Below, piece by piece: positions 42,090 through 56,557 of a stretch of 64,000 nucleotides of DNA. The notes beneath the pieces were generated by a model. That model was not told the origin of the DNA and did no database searches. It was given only the letters and a program-made list of their open reading frames with translations. The stretch spans positions 4,712,001-4,776,000 of the forward strand of contig OX597837.1 of NCBI GenBank assembly GCA_951406725.2. Direction: 5' to 3'. The translations under genes were made by a program, and so were the position numbers. The stretch is from Octopus vulgaris. Taxonomy: Eukaryota. The first letter of the stretch is position 1; each line of letters opens with the position of its first letter.

Positions 42090-42169
42090 TTCTACACGTG
42101 TTTCGAAAGCCACAATTTACCAAATTCCGATTGAATAAGGAGACTATATTGTGTCTTTCTCTTCAGGAA
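42090..42169 (-). ncRNA. Type I hammerhead ribozyme, canonical core
   Basis: Minus strand: TTC CTGAAGA GAAAG-a-CACAA..TTGTG-g-CTTTC GAAA CACGTG TA GAA; palindromic stem III ACACGTGT; stem I only 3 bp. Confidence 0.75.
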
Positions 42170-42254
42170 GAAATAGGAATTCCGTTGGCAGAACAAAAAC
42201 AGAACAGAGGCGCAGCAAAACAAATCGAAAATAATATATATATTTATATATATA

Positions 42255-42620
42255 CTAGCAGTATCGCCCGGCGTTGCTCAGGTTTGTAAGGGAAATAACT
42301 ATAAAGCATTTTTAGAGAGTTATAGCCAAAAAATAGCAAAAAAAATGGAAAAAAATTATGGTAAATTTTTTGAGTTAAAAAAGGTGGAGTTGCGTCCCCT
42401 AGACGGTCTGTGGTTTGGGTTTCTGATTCTCGACCCCATGTCGAATTTATCGATTTTTTTCAGAACTGGGGGAACTTTTCAAAATTTTCGCTGCGTTAGT
42501 TTTGAATTATGACATTGGGCTATGTGTGTGTCAAGTTTCATCAGAATCGGTTGAAAGCCGTGGTCAGAGTGAGGGTACGAGAAAACAGACACACAGAAAA
42601 CGCACAGACAAACTGCCGTT

Positions 42621-42630
<10 letters not shown>
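42255..42630 (-). mobile_element. Non-autonomous Helitron-like element
   Basis: Terminal CTAG (42255-58) with an adjacent GC-rich imperfect hairpin, AAGTTTCATCAGAATCGG motif, CAGAC-type microsatellite and TA-rich far end; Lep1-like layout. Confidence 0.65.
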
Positions 42631-42681
<51 letters not shown>

Positions 42682-43755
42682 CATATATATACGACGGGCT
42701 TCTTTCAATTTCTATTTACCAAATCCACTCACAAGGCTTTGGGCCGGTCAAAAGCTTCTTGCCACTCAGCCACACCTACGTCCGTGCCTATATATGTGAG
42801 TGCTCGCCTGGGTACACATGAGTATGTTAATGTTTGTCTCCGTCATCGCTTGACAACATACAACTCAGCAGCTCAACCAAATTGACAAAAGGTGTCCGAG
42901 ACTTCAAACAATTAAAGCATGGACGCATTTCAATAACTAAAAAAAGCGCAAATTAAACTTTTGCCTTCATTGAGAATATACAGTTTGGAACTAAATGGCA
43001 AAGTATTTTTTATTTTATTTTCATGTTCTTTGTTTTATTTTTTTATTTATTATTTTTTTTTTTTTTGGTTCTTTTAATGTTTCAAGAAGTTTTGCTTAGC
43101 AGTAGTCCCCCGGTAGCAATCTGTATCTTTTCGCAAGTAAAACTAATGATGGATGATATTATAAATATTTAACATCGTTTTCAAAGCTAGCTCTCAACAT
43201 AGTAACATTGAATTGAACTTAAAAACAACTGTTTTTATTTTATAATAGAAAATACGAAATGTTTTTTATTTGTCTCTGTAGTTCATAATTGCTGGAGACG
43301 AAACGTATAGCGTTGCTTTGCTTTCATCAGAGATGCAGTTATGCTTCGAAATCTAAGAATTAACTTTTTCCCATCGTATCGCAGTTTTTTAGATACAAAC
43401 ATTATATATTTTGTTGTGTCTGGGGAGAGTCATTTTCTTTTAGTGCCTTATTATTTAACACACTCACCGGTAAAATTTCCACTCTTTTCTTATTTTTATT
43501 TTCCTAAAATTTTCATTGCGTCTTGCAACCTTTTCAATAGTTTTGACTCTGTCCGTTATTTACACTGCGTTCCTTTTTGTTTGTTTGTGCGCATGTGTGT
43601 GGGTCAGTGTGTGTGTGTGTGTAGCTATACATGCATGCACGTACGTATGTATGTGTGTGTGTTTGCATGTGAATGTATGTATATATGTGCGTGTATGCAT
43701 ATGTATTATGTATGTATGTGTGTGCATCTGTATGTACGTATCCTGCATATTTGTG

Positions 43756-44072
43756 AAGGCGCGTGGCTTATTGGTTTGGGCATTCGGCTCACGATCGTAA
43801 GGTTGTGAGTTCGTTTCCCGGCGACGCGTTGTGTCCTTGAGCAAGACACTTTATTTCACGTTGCTCCAGTCCACTCAGCTGGCAAAAATGAGTTGTACTT
43901 GTATTTCAAAGGGTCAGCCTTGTCACTCTCTGTGTCACGCTGATTATCCCCGAGAACTACGTTAAGGGTACACGTGTCTGTGGAATGCTCAGCCATTTGC
44001 ACGTTAATTTCACGAGCAGGCTGTTTCGTTGATCGTATCAGCTGGGACCCTCGTCGTCGTAACCGGCGGAGT
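43756..44072 (+). mobile_element. SINE family D (tRNA head, TGTGTCCTTGAGCAAGACAC domain)
   Basis: A and B boxes present; 3' half shared with 19493-19675; diverged copies at about 46585-46910 and 10500-10790. Confidence 0.78.
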
Positions 44073-44974
44073 CTTTTTTACGTATCCTGCATATTTATGT
44101 GCTTGCCTGTCCGTGTGTGCAAACCAAATCCAAAAACAAAATTATATATTTTATTTCTTGGTAACAATATATACGGATCACACGGGCTCAAACACACAAA
44201 ATGTACTGACTATATATGTGTGAACAAGTTAAATATTATTGTATATTTTAACCTTTTTAACCAACGCTGTTTAGTGTGTCTCTATTTAAATAATTTCAGC
44301 TTGACAAACCTTTGAATCCGCTAGTAAGTTTATTATTAGCTGTTTAAATAAAAGAACTGCAATCCTTAGAAGGTAATGAACGTTGGATTCGGTCTCCGTA
44401 GCAGTTAAAACGTAAGGATGCAGAAGCACGTATTAGATGACGCCATATTCAGTGATGTGTTTTTCACATACGGTGTCTAACATTTACTTTCTCTCTCGTG
44501 ACAATTTTTACAACGAAAGTCTTTCCATGTTTGTATGTGCATGAATATATTAAATATAATTGTGCACACTCGTGTTTTAGTAAATGCAGTTTAGTTTGCC
44601 TCTAATGCATAGACACACAGACACACAAACACACACAGACACACAAACACACACTTACATATATACACATAAGTGGGGTGTATTTGTATATCACTTCTAT
44701 TTCTTAATTTTTATAAATCTTCCACTGAGGAGGGAGCCGGTTTCCAACAAAGATACAAGACTCCATTCCATCTTTGTGGTGTAGTTAACACACACACAAG
44801 TTCACATTTGGAACTTGAGAAAAGTCTTGCATATTTTTACTGTTCCCCTCACAGATTGCACTTGTAATGTACGAATACCGCTATGTAAACTACGAAATGT
44901 CGTAACTTCCAGAGCTTGTTCTAAATTCGGTAGAAAATCAGTCCACACGCTCAGACACACACACACATATGTGT

Positions 44975-45022
<48 letters not shown>

Positions 45023-45761
45023 GGAGAGAGAGAGGAAGATAAGGAGAGAGATACATAAATATATTTTTATTCATGTATATGAATATGTATGTTATATATG
45101 CTTATAAAACATATATATTCATATATATATTTAATATAAATAATATATATATATGTATATATACATACGTATACGTACATACTTACATCTATACGTATAT
45201 ATATAAATATATATAAGCATATATGGGCACAGGACGTCATGAAACGTGTACAGCAAAAAACGTACGAAAGACACAAATGGAAAACAAAACATACATAAAC
45301 AACTACCTTTCATCAGTTGTTGGCTGTTTTTCTAGTCTCGTATTTCGAGCGTTTAACAACAAGATACGCTTTCGATAAAACAGTTGCTCCCGCAAAGCAA
45401 ATTAAATGAAATTTGGGATTTTGCAGAGGGTCAAAATAGGTAACACAAACAGGACAGTGAAAACAAACAGGAAGGGCTGCTAAGCCTAAACGAGGTTGTG
45501 ATGGCGAACGCGTAAATCAAACTAAGACAGGAGACAAACAAGGACACGTCTTCTTTGTTCCAGCTACAACGGAAAGAAAGAAAGATGGCCGATGGCCACA
45601 TGGGAGCCACGTGAGCAATACGGGAGGAATGAGGGAGAGAGTGACGGAATAATAGGATAGAATAGTGAGAGAAGATGAGGTGAAAGAATAAAAGAGAGAA
45701 AAAAGAAAGAGTAAAGAGATCGTATAGAGTGCGCATATGTATATAAATATATATATATATA

Positions 45762-45817
<56 letters not shown>

Positions 45818-46142
45818 TAAAGTAACAAACTGAGGAGAAGATACCCTTCAAAGGGGTGTGTTAAACATCCAATTCATTGGTACTTCGATTGGATACCATA
45901 TAAATATTGGTATAATTCAATAATAAAGATAAATTAAATATATAGATTTTCTATTGAGATTCAGTAATTTATTTATATTACAATATCACATTAAATATTA
46001 GGAATATAATATATAAATAATTATTTATATAGTATTATGTTATGTTTTATTTTATATATTATATTCATAGTATTTAAAGTAATATTGTAATATAAATAAA
46101 TAATTGAATGTCAATAGAATATCTCTATATTTCATTTATCTT

Positions 46143-46178
<36 letters not shown>

Positions 46179-46337
46179 AGTGTATGTATGTATGTATGTG
46201 TATGTATACATATATTATCATAAAACAAACGAAGGAAAAATTTCCTTCAAAGCGAATTTTTATTTTTCATATTATATTATAATGTAAATAAATAGTTAGT
46301 TTGTCAATTGTATTTCTCTATTTCATTTATTATTTGA

Positions 46338-46384
<47 letters not shown>

Positions 46385-47021
46385 TGTTTGTATATATATG
46401 TATATGCATATATATAGAGAGAGTTATGGTATATTCTGTTAAGAACGTAGTGGAGTATAGTATAGAGTTCGTCCACCTTCAGAGTTCACCCTGTGCCATC
46501 CAGTAGTAGTATTATATGTAATCGACTGGCCCCCTGTCCAAAATTCTCGGGTTTTGTGCCTGCAGCAGAAAAGAATATTCTGTGGAGTGATGTGGTTTAG
46601 TAGTGAGGGTGTTCATCTCACGTTCGTAAGATTGTGAGTTCGAAAACCGGCGGTGGGTTATGTCCTTGAGCAAGACACTTTATTTCACATTACTCCAGTC
46701 CAATCAGCTAGCAAAAATGAGCAGTACCAGTAATTCAACGGGGTCCAAGCCTTGTCACATTCTGTGTCATGATGAATCTCCCTGAGAACGACGTTATGCA
46801 TACGCGTGTCTGTGGAATACTCAGCCACTCGCACGTTGATTTAAGAAGCAGGCTATTCTGTTGATCAAGTCAACTGAAACGCTCGTCGACGTAAGCGACG
46901 GAGTGCCGGTTATAATATTCTGTGATAGTTCTTTCTACGTAGGGCACAAAGCCTGAATTTGGTAGGGAAGGGGAATATCCAATTCCATCGACCCCAGTGC
47001 TTAACTGACACTTATTTAATC

Positions 47022-47432
47022 GGCGAGCTGGCAGAAACGTTAGCACGCCAGGCGAAATGCATAGCCGTATTTCGTCTGTCGTTAAGTTCCGAGTTCAAAT
47101 TCCGCCGAGGTCGACTTTGCCTTTCATCCTTTCGGGGTCGATAAATTAAGTACCAGTTACGTACTGGGGTCGATGTAATCGACTTAATCCGTGTGTCTGT
47201 CTTTGTTTGTCCCCTCTGTGTTTAGACCCTTGTGGGTAGTAAAGAAATAGGTATTTCACCCGTCGTTACGTTCCTAGTTCAAATTCCGCCGAGGTCGACT
47301 TTGCCTTTCATCATTTCGGGGTCGATAAATTAAGTACCAGTTACGCACAGGGGTCGATGTAATCGACTTAATCTGTGTGTCTGTCCTTGTTTGTCCCCTC
47401 TGTGTTTAGCCCCTTGTGGGTAGTAAAGAAAA
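47022..47432 (+). mobile_element. SINE family B dimer
   Basis: Two units joined near 47250. Confidence 0.8.
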
Positions 47433-48374
47433 ATATTTAATCGACATCAAAAAGATGAAAGGCAAAATCGACCTTGTCGGGATATGATCTAAGACTGTAA
47501 GGAAACGATAGAAATACTGTTAAGTACTTTGTCTGGCGCACCAACGATTCTTCCAGCTCGTCGCTTTCAATGTTCTGTAATAATGCCACTCTTCCACAAC
47601 CATAGAATGTAGCAGAGCTTGATGAATCCTATTTGTATCCCCATGAACAAAGCAATTAAATTAAGCATTCTTTAAATTCCATAGGCAGATTGACGATTAT
47701 TATACGAAGTTGCGTTAAAAGGGATCTATGTGTCAGCATAAAATCCCATTACATTCCTAGAAGACGTTATGGCGGTAGGTGGTTTCAAAGTTCCATTACG
47801 TAATAAAACAGCTATAAAACTTCTTGGAGATGAACCTATAAAAAGTTGCCATTCCATTTACAACGTGCCTTCAATGGACTTGTTAAAAGTCCATTAATGT
47901 CATCGCAATAACAGAGAGAATTATCCATCTTGAAATAAACTGCCAAATCAAAATTTAGCTTTATACAGTAATTCATTATAATATTTTCTTCAAGAAAAAG
48001 GCGATGAGCAGGCGGAATTGTCAGCACGCTTGGAAAAATGCTTAACAGCATTTTGCATTTATGTTCTGCGTTCAAATTCCGCCGATGTCGACTTTACCTT
48101 TCATCCCTTTCAGGGTCGGTAAAATAAGTAACATTTGACAACAAGGGCCGATTTAATTAACTTACTCCTCCCCCGAATTTTTTGGCCTTGTACTGAAATT
48201 TGAAACCAATATTTTCTTCGAGAAAAACGCGGCCAGCTGGCAGAATCGTTAGCACGCCGGGCGAAATGCTAAACAGCATTTCTTCCGTCTTTACGTTCAA
48301 ATTCCCCTGATTTTGATGGAATTCTACTAAATGGCCTGTCACTTATATATACACACATACACACATGTTCCGTG

Positions 48375-48437
<63 letters not shown>

Positions 48438-48530
48438 GCTCTTAGCCAGAAAGGAAAAGGGCAAAGGGAAAAGTTCAAAGAAGGAAAAAACTCACCAACA
48501 GCACGTGTGTAGTTACATTGCTGAAGTAGG

Positions 48531-48667
<137 letters not shown>

Positions 48668-48719
48668 GGATGGATAAGATAGGATAGGATGGATGGATGG
48701 ATGGATGGATGGATGGATG

Positions 48720-48786
<67 letters not shown>

Positions 48787-48791
<5 letters not shown>

Positions 48792-48912
48792 TGTTTCTTT
48801 ATTAGTCACACAGGGCTGCACACAGACAGGACAAAATTACAAGGTTGAGCTTTTCTTTTGGGGGTAAAAGAAGGGGGTTTGGTTTTCGATCAAAAGGGAT
48901 CGTAAATGGAAA
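48787..48912 (-). mobile_element. 3' tail fragment of the same Tx1-like LINE embedded in (GATA)n
   Basis: Reverse complement of about 25665-25791; GATA repeats on both flanks. Confidence 0.75.
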
Positions 48913-49071
48913 GATAGATAGATAAACTACTGGCACTGAAAATGATATTAAAGGCTTCTTTTTCTGCAACAAAATCTGCAAACTACTTCTGTACAGATTT
49001 GGTGAGGAACCCATGGTTTGCATTGGTTACTTATAAGATAATCAATATATATATATAAGATTTGCTGTATA

Positions 49072-49480
49072 GGCGAAGGCGTAGCTGTGTGGTAAGAAGC
49101 TTGCTTTCCAACCACATGCTTCCTGGTTCAGTCACACTGCGTGGCACCTTGGGCAAATATCTTCTACTATAGCCTCGAGCTGACCAAAGCTTTGTGAGTG
49201 GATTAGGTAGACGGAAACTGAAAGAAGCTTCTTGTGTATATAAGTATATATCTATGCGTGTGTCTTTGTGTCTGTTTCTCCTCCGCCCCTGCCACCACTT
49301 GACAACCGCTTTTGATGTGTTTAAGTTCCTGTAACTTAGAGGTCCGACATAAAATACCGATAGAATAAATACCAGACTTTACAGAAAATAATAAATACTG
49401 GAATTCAATTCATACGACTAGAAATACTTCAAGTCAGTGCCCCAGCATGGTCGCAGTCAGATCACTGAAACAAGTAAAAA
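49072..49480 (+). mobile_element. SINE family A copy, diverged
   Basis: Colinear with other copies; similar diverged copies at 55320-55680 and 61690-62040. Confidence 0.78.
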
Positions 49481-51898
49481 AAGAAAATGTGTTATCGTTG
49501 TGATGTTGCTGTAAAGTTGCCACAAACACATCGATCAAAAAGGTCAGTGTTTTTTCTGGGGTTTCTTTTTTCATTTCCTATGTACGTTTACAGCTTAGTT
49601 GGAATATGTCGTAACCTTAAAGAAAATATGCTTATAAAAACAATACTGTTTTTTAAATCAAATTATTGACGAATTTAGTAGCAAATTTGAAGATAAGACC
49701 TTAAAATGCCTAAACCGAATATTTAATTATATGGAAGGCAAAAAACGAAAAATTTAAAATAAGTAAAGACATTTCAAAAAGAAAAAAAGCATGCATCTGT
49801 GGAAAACCTAAAGGTAATTTCAGTGCAAAATGGTTTTAAATGTAGTCAAAATATCATCTGATAAAAATTACCTGTTGACTTCTGTAATCAAGACCTATCA
49901 CACCCATTCACCTCAAGCGGTACGTTTTGCTTTTTGTTTATTTTTTTGTATTTTTTCTTTCTTCTTGAAGTTCACGCAGTTTATTCACCAGCTTCTAATT
50001 GGCTATTCAAAAGAATGTCAACTTCTTACACATTCGTAAGGAAACAACAAGTCTCCTTCTTTCTACATGACTTATTCCCTCTTCAGCTTTTGCCGAATTT
50101 TCAAGGGAAATTCTTCTCTCTTTCTCCGACAGTTTGTCACCTTTACTTATCTTATATCTCCTCTCTTTTCTCTGTTGCGGTTGGATCTGGGGAACAGCTA
50201 ATCATCATATTGGTTTGGTTTCAAATTCTGGTACAAGGCCAGAAAATTCGGGGAAGAGTGTAAGTCGATTAAATTGACCCCTGTGCTCAACTGGGACTTA
50301 TTTTATTGACCCCCAAAAGGACGAAAGACAAAGTCGACCTCAGAGGAATTTGAACCCAGAACGGGCGGAATACCATTAAGCACTTTGTCTTGCATGCTGG
50401 CGATTCTGCCAGCTTACCGCCCTATGTTATTGAATAAATATTGGTTTCGAATTTTGGCACAAGGCCATCAATTCCCAGGGTGGTAGTGGTGGTAGTAGTA
50501 GTGGTGGTAATGATGATGTTATTGATTGTAGTATTGTTAGTGTTGCCGAGGTGATAATAGTGTTATTGTTGCTATTTTTGCTGGTAGTGTTGGTGTTGGC
50601 GTTGTTGTTGCTGTTGGAGGTTGCTACGGTGGTGTGGTGGTGGTGGTGGTGGTGGTGGTGGTCATCGTCGTTGTCGTGTGTTTTTGTTTATTAATTGTTT
50701 CTTCACTGTATCGCCGTTAGTAAGGTCAGCAAAATGCCGAATTTCCGTGACAGCCTTGTTTGCTATCGGCGTTCATATTGTCATCGCCGACGCGAGGAAA
50801 TTGTATGTCATCGTTTAACCCCAGTCTATCTTTCATTGAGCAAACAACCTACGATCTAATAACAATCAGCCCATCATTTTATACACAGTCTATCTTATTT
50901 CTTTATTGCCCACAAGGGGCTAAACATAGAGGGAACAGACAAGGTCAGACAAAGGGAGTAAGCCGATTGCATCGACCCCAGTGCGTAACTGGGGTCGATT
51001 TGAACTCGGAACGTAGCAGCAGACGAAATACCTATTTCTATTTCTTTACTATCCACAAGGGGCTAAACACAGAGAGGACAAACAAGAATAAACAAACGGA
51101 TTACGTCGATTATATCGACCCCAGTGCGTAACTGGTACTTATTTAATCGACTCCGAAAGGATGAAAGGCAAAGTCGACTTCGGCGGAATTTGAACTCAGA
51201 ACGTAGCGGCAGACGAAAATAACGCTAAGCATTTCGCCCGGCGTGCTAACGATTCTCCCAGTTACTATCATTTCATCATTTTATACACAACCTGCCTAGG
51301 GCTACACAATCCAGTAAATAATTCTTTTTCTTTAAGAAAATAAGGTTTAGTTTATGACAGATTTCATAACTTCTGTTTCTAGCACGGGAAACGACCTAGC
51401 AAGAGGATCCTTCTTTGGTTCACGCTGTGTTTGGTTGTCGATAAATGAGATTATTCCATTATAGTTATTTTGAGAAAAGATGATAACAAAACAAAATATA
51501 TATATATATATATAAAGCACGTTTTCAAAAAAATATTCTAACAAAGATAACTAAAATTGGTTTATTTCGTTTCGCTGCTGTTTTGAGCTTGGAATAGTTC
51601 TGCTGTGAAACAACGTTAACATTCATATTTTAAAGGGATAAAAGCTGGTTAAATAACAAAAGGCGGAGGGGGGAGGAGAAAAAAGTCATCAAATAGAAAT
51701 AAAATAAAATAAAATAAAATAAAATAATCAAAAGTTACTGAAGATAATTTATTCACAACAGGATTCATATCTTTTAATACTTTCACTTTCGCTTTCAGAT
51801 TAGCGTGAATCGCGATCTTTATGAAAAGTGAAACTAAATAAATTGAATAAATAAATAAATAAAATAACACTGATACTTAAAACATCAAAATAATAATT

Positions 51899-51947
<49 letters not shown>

Positions 51948-51967
51948 CAACAACAACAATAATAATA

Positions 51968-52034
<67 letters not shown>

Positions 52035-52065
52035 TGATGATGATAATAATAATAATATGATGATG

Positions 52066-52113
<48 letters not shown>

Positions 52114-53723
52114 GATAATTATAATAATAATAATAATAATGATATGCAAATAATTGATAAATGGGAAAATATCATTTATTAAAGAATTAAAAATATTCTG
52201 TGCATAAGCCTCTATATGGAATGTCTTTTTTTTTATTGAGAATAATAGATATTCAATCAACATCCTACGTGGGAATTGCTTCCCGAGTTCTTTTTATTTC
52301 TTTCATTCTTCTTATATTTATTATGCAAATATAGCATTTTAGGAAATGGAAATGTTTCATAGAAGCGCAAAGATTTAAAGAGATAAGTAGTATTTGGAAT
52401 GATAACTCATAGAATTCTTTCCGACAGTTCGTTTGATGCATTTTAAATCATGTTCATCGTTTCCCAAAGTAAAATAAATGAAACAGAAACTGGATCAACC
52501 GACATATTAACCCTATACAAAACACCTGTTTTCTAATTAAGGAAACTGAGTTTTTTTTTTACTTAAGGTAAACGAAAATCCTTTGTTATTTTTTAGCTCT
52601 TTCGGTATGTCCTTATCTGAAAATATTTCTTCTGCTTGTTGAAACCTCCCAGCATATGCATTGACATATTCTTTCCTGTTTTTTCTTACCTTTGTATTCA
52701 ACACTTTCTACCTCTCAAGATCTTTACTGTCAACTTCATCACTTTCGTGTTTGACTAATTTCCAGAGCAAGGAGAATCACATCTCGTATTCGAAAATTCC
52801 GTTTTTCTGCAGGTTTGGCAATGTCGTATCAAACAAAGTTGAGTTTTTTTATTCGATTTATTTTTAAGATCATAGAAAGATATATCAATCTCTTCAAGCT
52901 ATTCACGCCACTGTATTTGTTTATCTATAAGTAGTTTTTCAATGGTGATGTTTAAAATGGCTACTTGTCAGAAGAACTTGTCACCGTGGAGCAGCATAAG
53001 TGAAAACATGCGACAAATTACCATATTCCTTGCGGTTCCTGACAGTATCCACCTTAAACACCTTCTGCTATATAATCCAGTAAAAGAAGATGCAAACAGG
53101 TTAGGGTTATTGCCTATTATAAAGAACGCCTCTGGTATGATAGAATAACAAGAAACAAGTTTTTACTTCGTTTATTTCTTATTTCTCTATTACCCACAAG
53201 GAGCTAAACAAGGACAGACAAACAAGGACAGACAAACGGATTAAGTCGATTACATCGACCCCAGTGCGTATCTGGTACTTATTTAATCCACCCCGAAAGG
53301 ATGGGAGGCAAAGTCTCCCAACCAGAATATCACTGTTATTCAATAGAACTGTACCGATTAAAACAAACGCTTCTCACAGTTTTCTTTTTTATTTTTCTCT
53401 AATTCATTTCAACAATGATTTCACAAATATTTGTGCCGTTTTCAGATACTTTCTTTCAGTTTTTTTTTTATAACATATGTAATTTATCATTGTTCATAAT
53501 CTATTTTAGTATGTAATCATATTATTAGTTAATTCATTATCTTATTTAATCTATTTCAATAATCGATTTGAGGATGCACAGTCTACAATTTATTACATTT
53601 TTATTATCTATTTTATTATTTAATTACCTAGATTATTATCTAATTTAGTTCTATAATGGATTAATAAATATTTTGTATCTTACTCCAATATCGTAATTAT
53701 TTTGAAAATGTGCATATCATCTA

Positions 53724-53784
<61 letters not shown>

Positions 53785-53790
<6 letters not shown>

Positions 53791-54033
53791 TCCGCCTTAG
53801 CGAAGATGGAGGTATTATTTTCAGTCGTGCTTGTTTGTTTGTCCGTAGACAAGAGAGACCTGAAGAACCGCTGTATGGATTCGGTTGAAACTTCCAGGGA
53901 TGTGTAGCCTCGTGAATGGCACGAACGGATTAGATTTTGGGATCGATCCGATATCGGACAAGGATTCTGGATTATTTTTCCGTTTTCTTGAATTAATTTT
54001 CGAGAGCGGTCGGGTTCATTTTTTAGTATTCTC

Positions 54034-54035
<2 letters not shown>
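53785..54035 (+). mobile_element. Helentron-associated (DINE/HINE-like) element, 5' portion
   Basis: Starts TTACCTCCGCC (complementary to the GGCGGAGGT subterminal repeat near 6650); GTTT microsatellite; sits in (TTA)n. Confidence 0.55.
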
Positions 54036-54072
<37 letters not shown>

Positions 54073-56521
54073 TGCATATTTGCTGCGAAATACATCGGAA
54101 GTGTTTTCGAACGCTCCAAGTAAATTCAGTTCAAAATATTTATTTACACCAGGATTGGTGTTGTTTTACAATATTCATTTCATTCTAAGTTGTTAATAGA
54201 AACACCAGGAACCTGTAACTGGTTTTCTATGGTTGTTTAGCCCCTAGAGTGGCCATATTCATCTCACCAAATAATTTCGGTGAGCGTTTAACTTAATTGA
54301 ATCAAATATAACACAACAAAATGGCGTAACGCGTCTTGAAAGAGTTGAGGAAAGATAAAACAACTCCTCCTACGAACATGACAACAGCTAAAAATTCTCA
54401 CCACCACCCGTTACTGGCAACAATACGGGGGAAGAAGAGGAGGAGAAAAACAAGACTGTCCCGGTACAAAGTCCACCTAACAGTAAGAACAACAGTAGCA
54501 GAAACAGCATCAGCGGTAGCAACGACAACAGCAACTGCAATAGTGACAGCAGCAGCCGCAGCAGTAGTAGTAGTGACAGCAAGAACGACCACGAAAAAGA
54601 CAGCAACTGCAGCGTCAGTAGTGATAGCAACAACGAGAGCAAAAGTGACAACAGCAACAACAATTAATCCAATACCAGGAACATCGACAAGAACAACGAC
54701 AACCACAACGGCGGTAGTAGCAGCAACAACAACAACGAGAACACTACCAACAGCAAAAGCCCATTCGCAGCAGCAGCAAAGAAGAAACAACGCTTTACAG
54801 TGGACCTCACAAATAGGGAACAGATTCTAACGCAAGCATGGAAACTAATTAAACAAGAGAAAAGGTGGGCCAGTCTAACTATTTCCGTCAGAGGCAATTG
54901 AAGCAGTGGAGAACGGTGCTTTTCAGATGCATTCCAGCTGACACGAAATGAGCGGCTTTAAATAGCTCCAGTAGATATTGAGGCGGTGCTGAGATGCGTC
55001 AGAAATAACATCGAGTACATAGCGAGGGCAAACAATATGGCGCCATTTCCGTGCTGTTTAAGTTAGAAACCCTCGCTATGAAACGTTCAGTGACCTGTTG
55101 CAAAACCAGCAAAGTCATTATGCACACCTCCCACATAGAGGAACGTACAGCACGTGTCTGCATCCCTAAGATCCCACCAGGACTTGATATTTGGTCGCTT
55201 CTGGGATAAGAATACAAACAGTTATTAAAAACATGAATATAAATTATTAAAATCCTTTACAGCTGTTTCAGCCTATAGATAATAGCAACTCATTGTGCCT
55301 ATATATGTATATATATATAGGCACAGGTGTGGCTGTATGGTAAGAAGCTTGCTTCCCAACCAGTTGGTTTTGCGCTCAGTCCCACTGCTTAGCATCTTGG
55401 GCAAGTCTTATATTATAGCCTGGGGCCAACCAAAACTTTGTGGGTGGATTTGATAGACGGAAACTGAAAAAAGTCGGTCGTGTGTGTGAGTGTGGGGGGT
55501 GTCTTTGTGTCTGTCTCCCCATTGCCACTTGACAACCGGTGCTGGTGTGTTTACTTCCCCATAAATTAGCAGTTCGACAAAAGAGACCGATAGCATAAGT
55601 ACTAGGCTTAAAATAAAAAGTAAGTCCTAAAACCCTTCAAAGCGGTGCTCCATCATGGCCGCTGTCAAACGGCTGAAACGATGTATCGAAATGTTGTACA
55701 AATATTATATTTGCATAATGGTTTCTTATTTAGGCACATTGACACCAACTTTGGTGGCAGAGAGAAACGTCTATACCATCAACCTCCAACTTGGGCTTTA
55801 AACCTCATCGATCGCGAAAGGATGAAAAACAAAGCTGACCTCTGCAGTATTTGAACACAGTAATAAAGATTCGCAAGCAAAGATCTTACCGCACGGCGCT
55901 CCTACAATTCTGCCAAACAAACCACGTTATTAAATCATAACTCCAAATGATTAACCACTTTAAAAATCTTCTGAATTATTTGAAAATTGAAATCTTTTTA
56001 CAAATGTTACATTTGCATGATAAAAACCGAAACCATTTCTAAAACGCAATGTTAGTTGAATATATATGGTTCTTAAAGCAATTATAGCTTACGCATATTT
56101 TGGCTTCTACATAGAATATTTTAAATTCTTCTATAATAGATACTTCAGAAATTTCTCCAATATTTGCATATCATAATTTCCTCTCTTCATTCTTTAAACA
56201 TTGCGTAATACTTACTCTTTTCCGCATTCACTTGTTTCAGTCATTTGACTGCGGCCATGCTGGAGCACCGCCTTTACTCGAACAAATCGACTCTATGACT
56301 TATTCTGTGTAAGTCTAGTACTGATTCTAGCGATCTCTTTTGCCGAACCACTAAGTTACGGGGGTGTAAGCACACCAGCGTCGGTTGTCAAGTGATGGTG
56401 GGAGGACAAACACAGACACACAAATATATACATACATATCGTTAGCCACTACACACATTTCTTCTCTCCTTTTTTTCTCTCCTTGTTTCTCTCCTTGTTT
56501 TTTCTGTGTCCCTTTCTGTCC

Positions 56522-56557
56522 CTTTCTGTAGAAGAGCGTAGGATCGAAACGTAAAAG
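56522..56557 (+). ncRNA. Minimal hammerhead-like motif with A6U core (copy 2)
   Basis: CTTT CTGTAGA A GAGC gtag GATC GAAA CG T A AAAG; host repeat about 56440-56655 matches about 34195-34385. Confidence 0.5.

Noticed and set aside
44720-44765. CTGAGGA followed by a hairpin (also 45830-45890)
   Set aside because: No GAAA or stem III after the hairpin.
45230-45380. CTGATGAAAGG on the minus strand (related sequence at 6257-6320)
   Set aside because: Penelope-tail-like, but no stem II, GAAA or stem III in the right order, so not called a ribozyme.
52400-53150. Non-repetitive stretch with partial minus-strand coding look
   Set aside because: Multiple stops and no recognisable motif; cannot support an exon or transposase without BLASTX.
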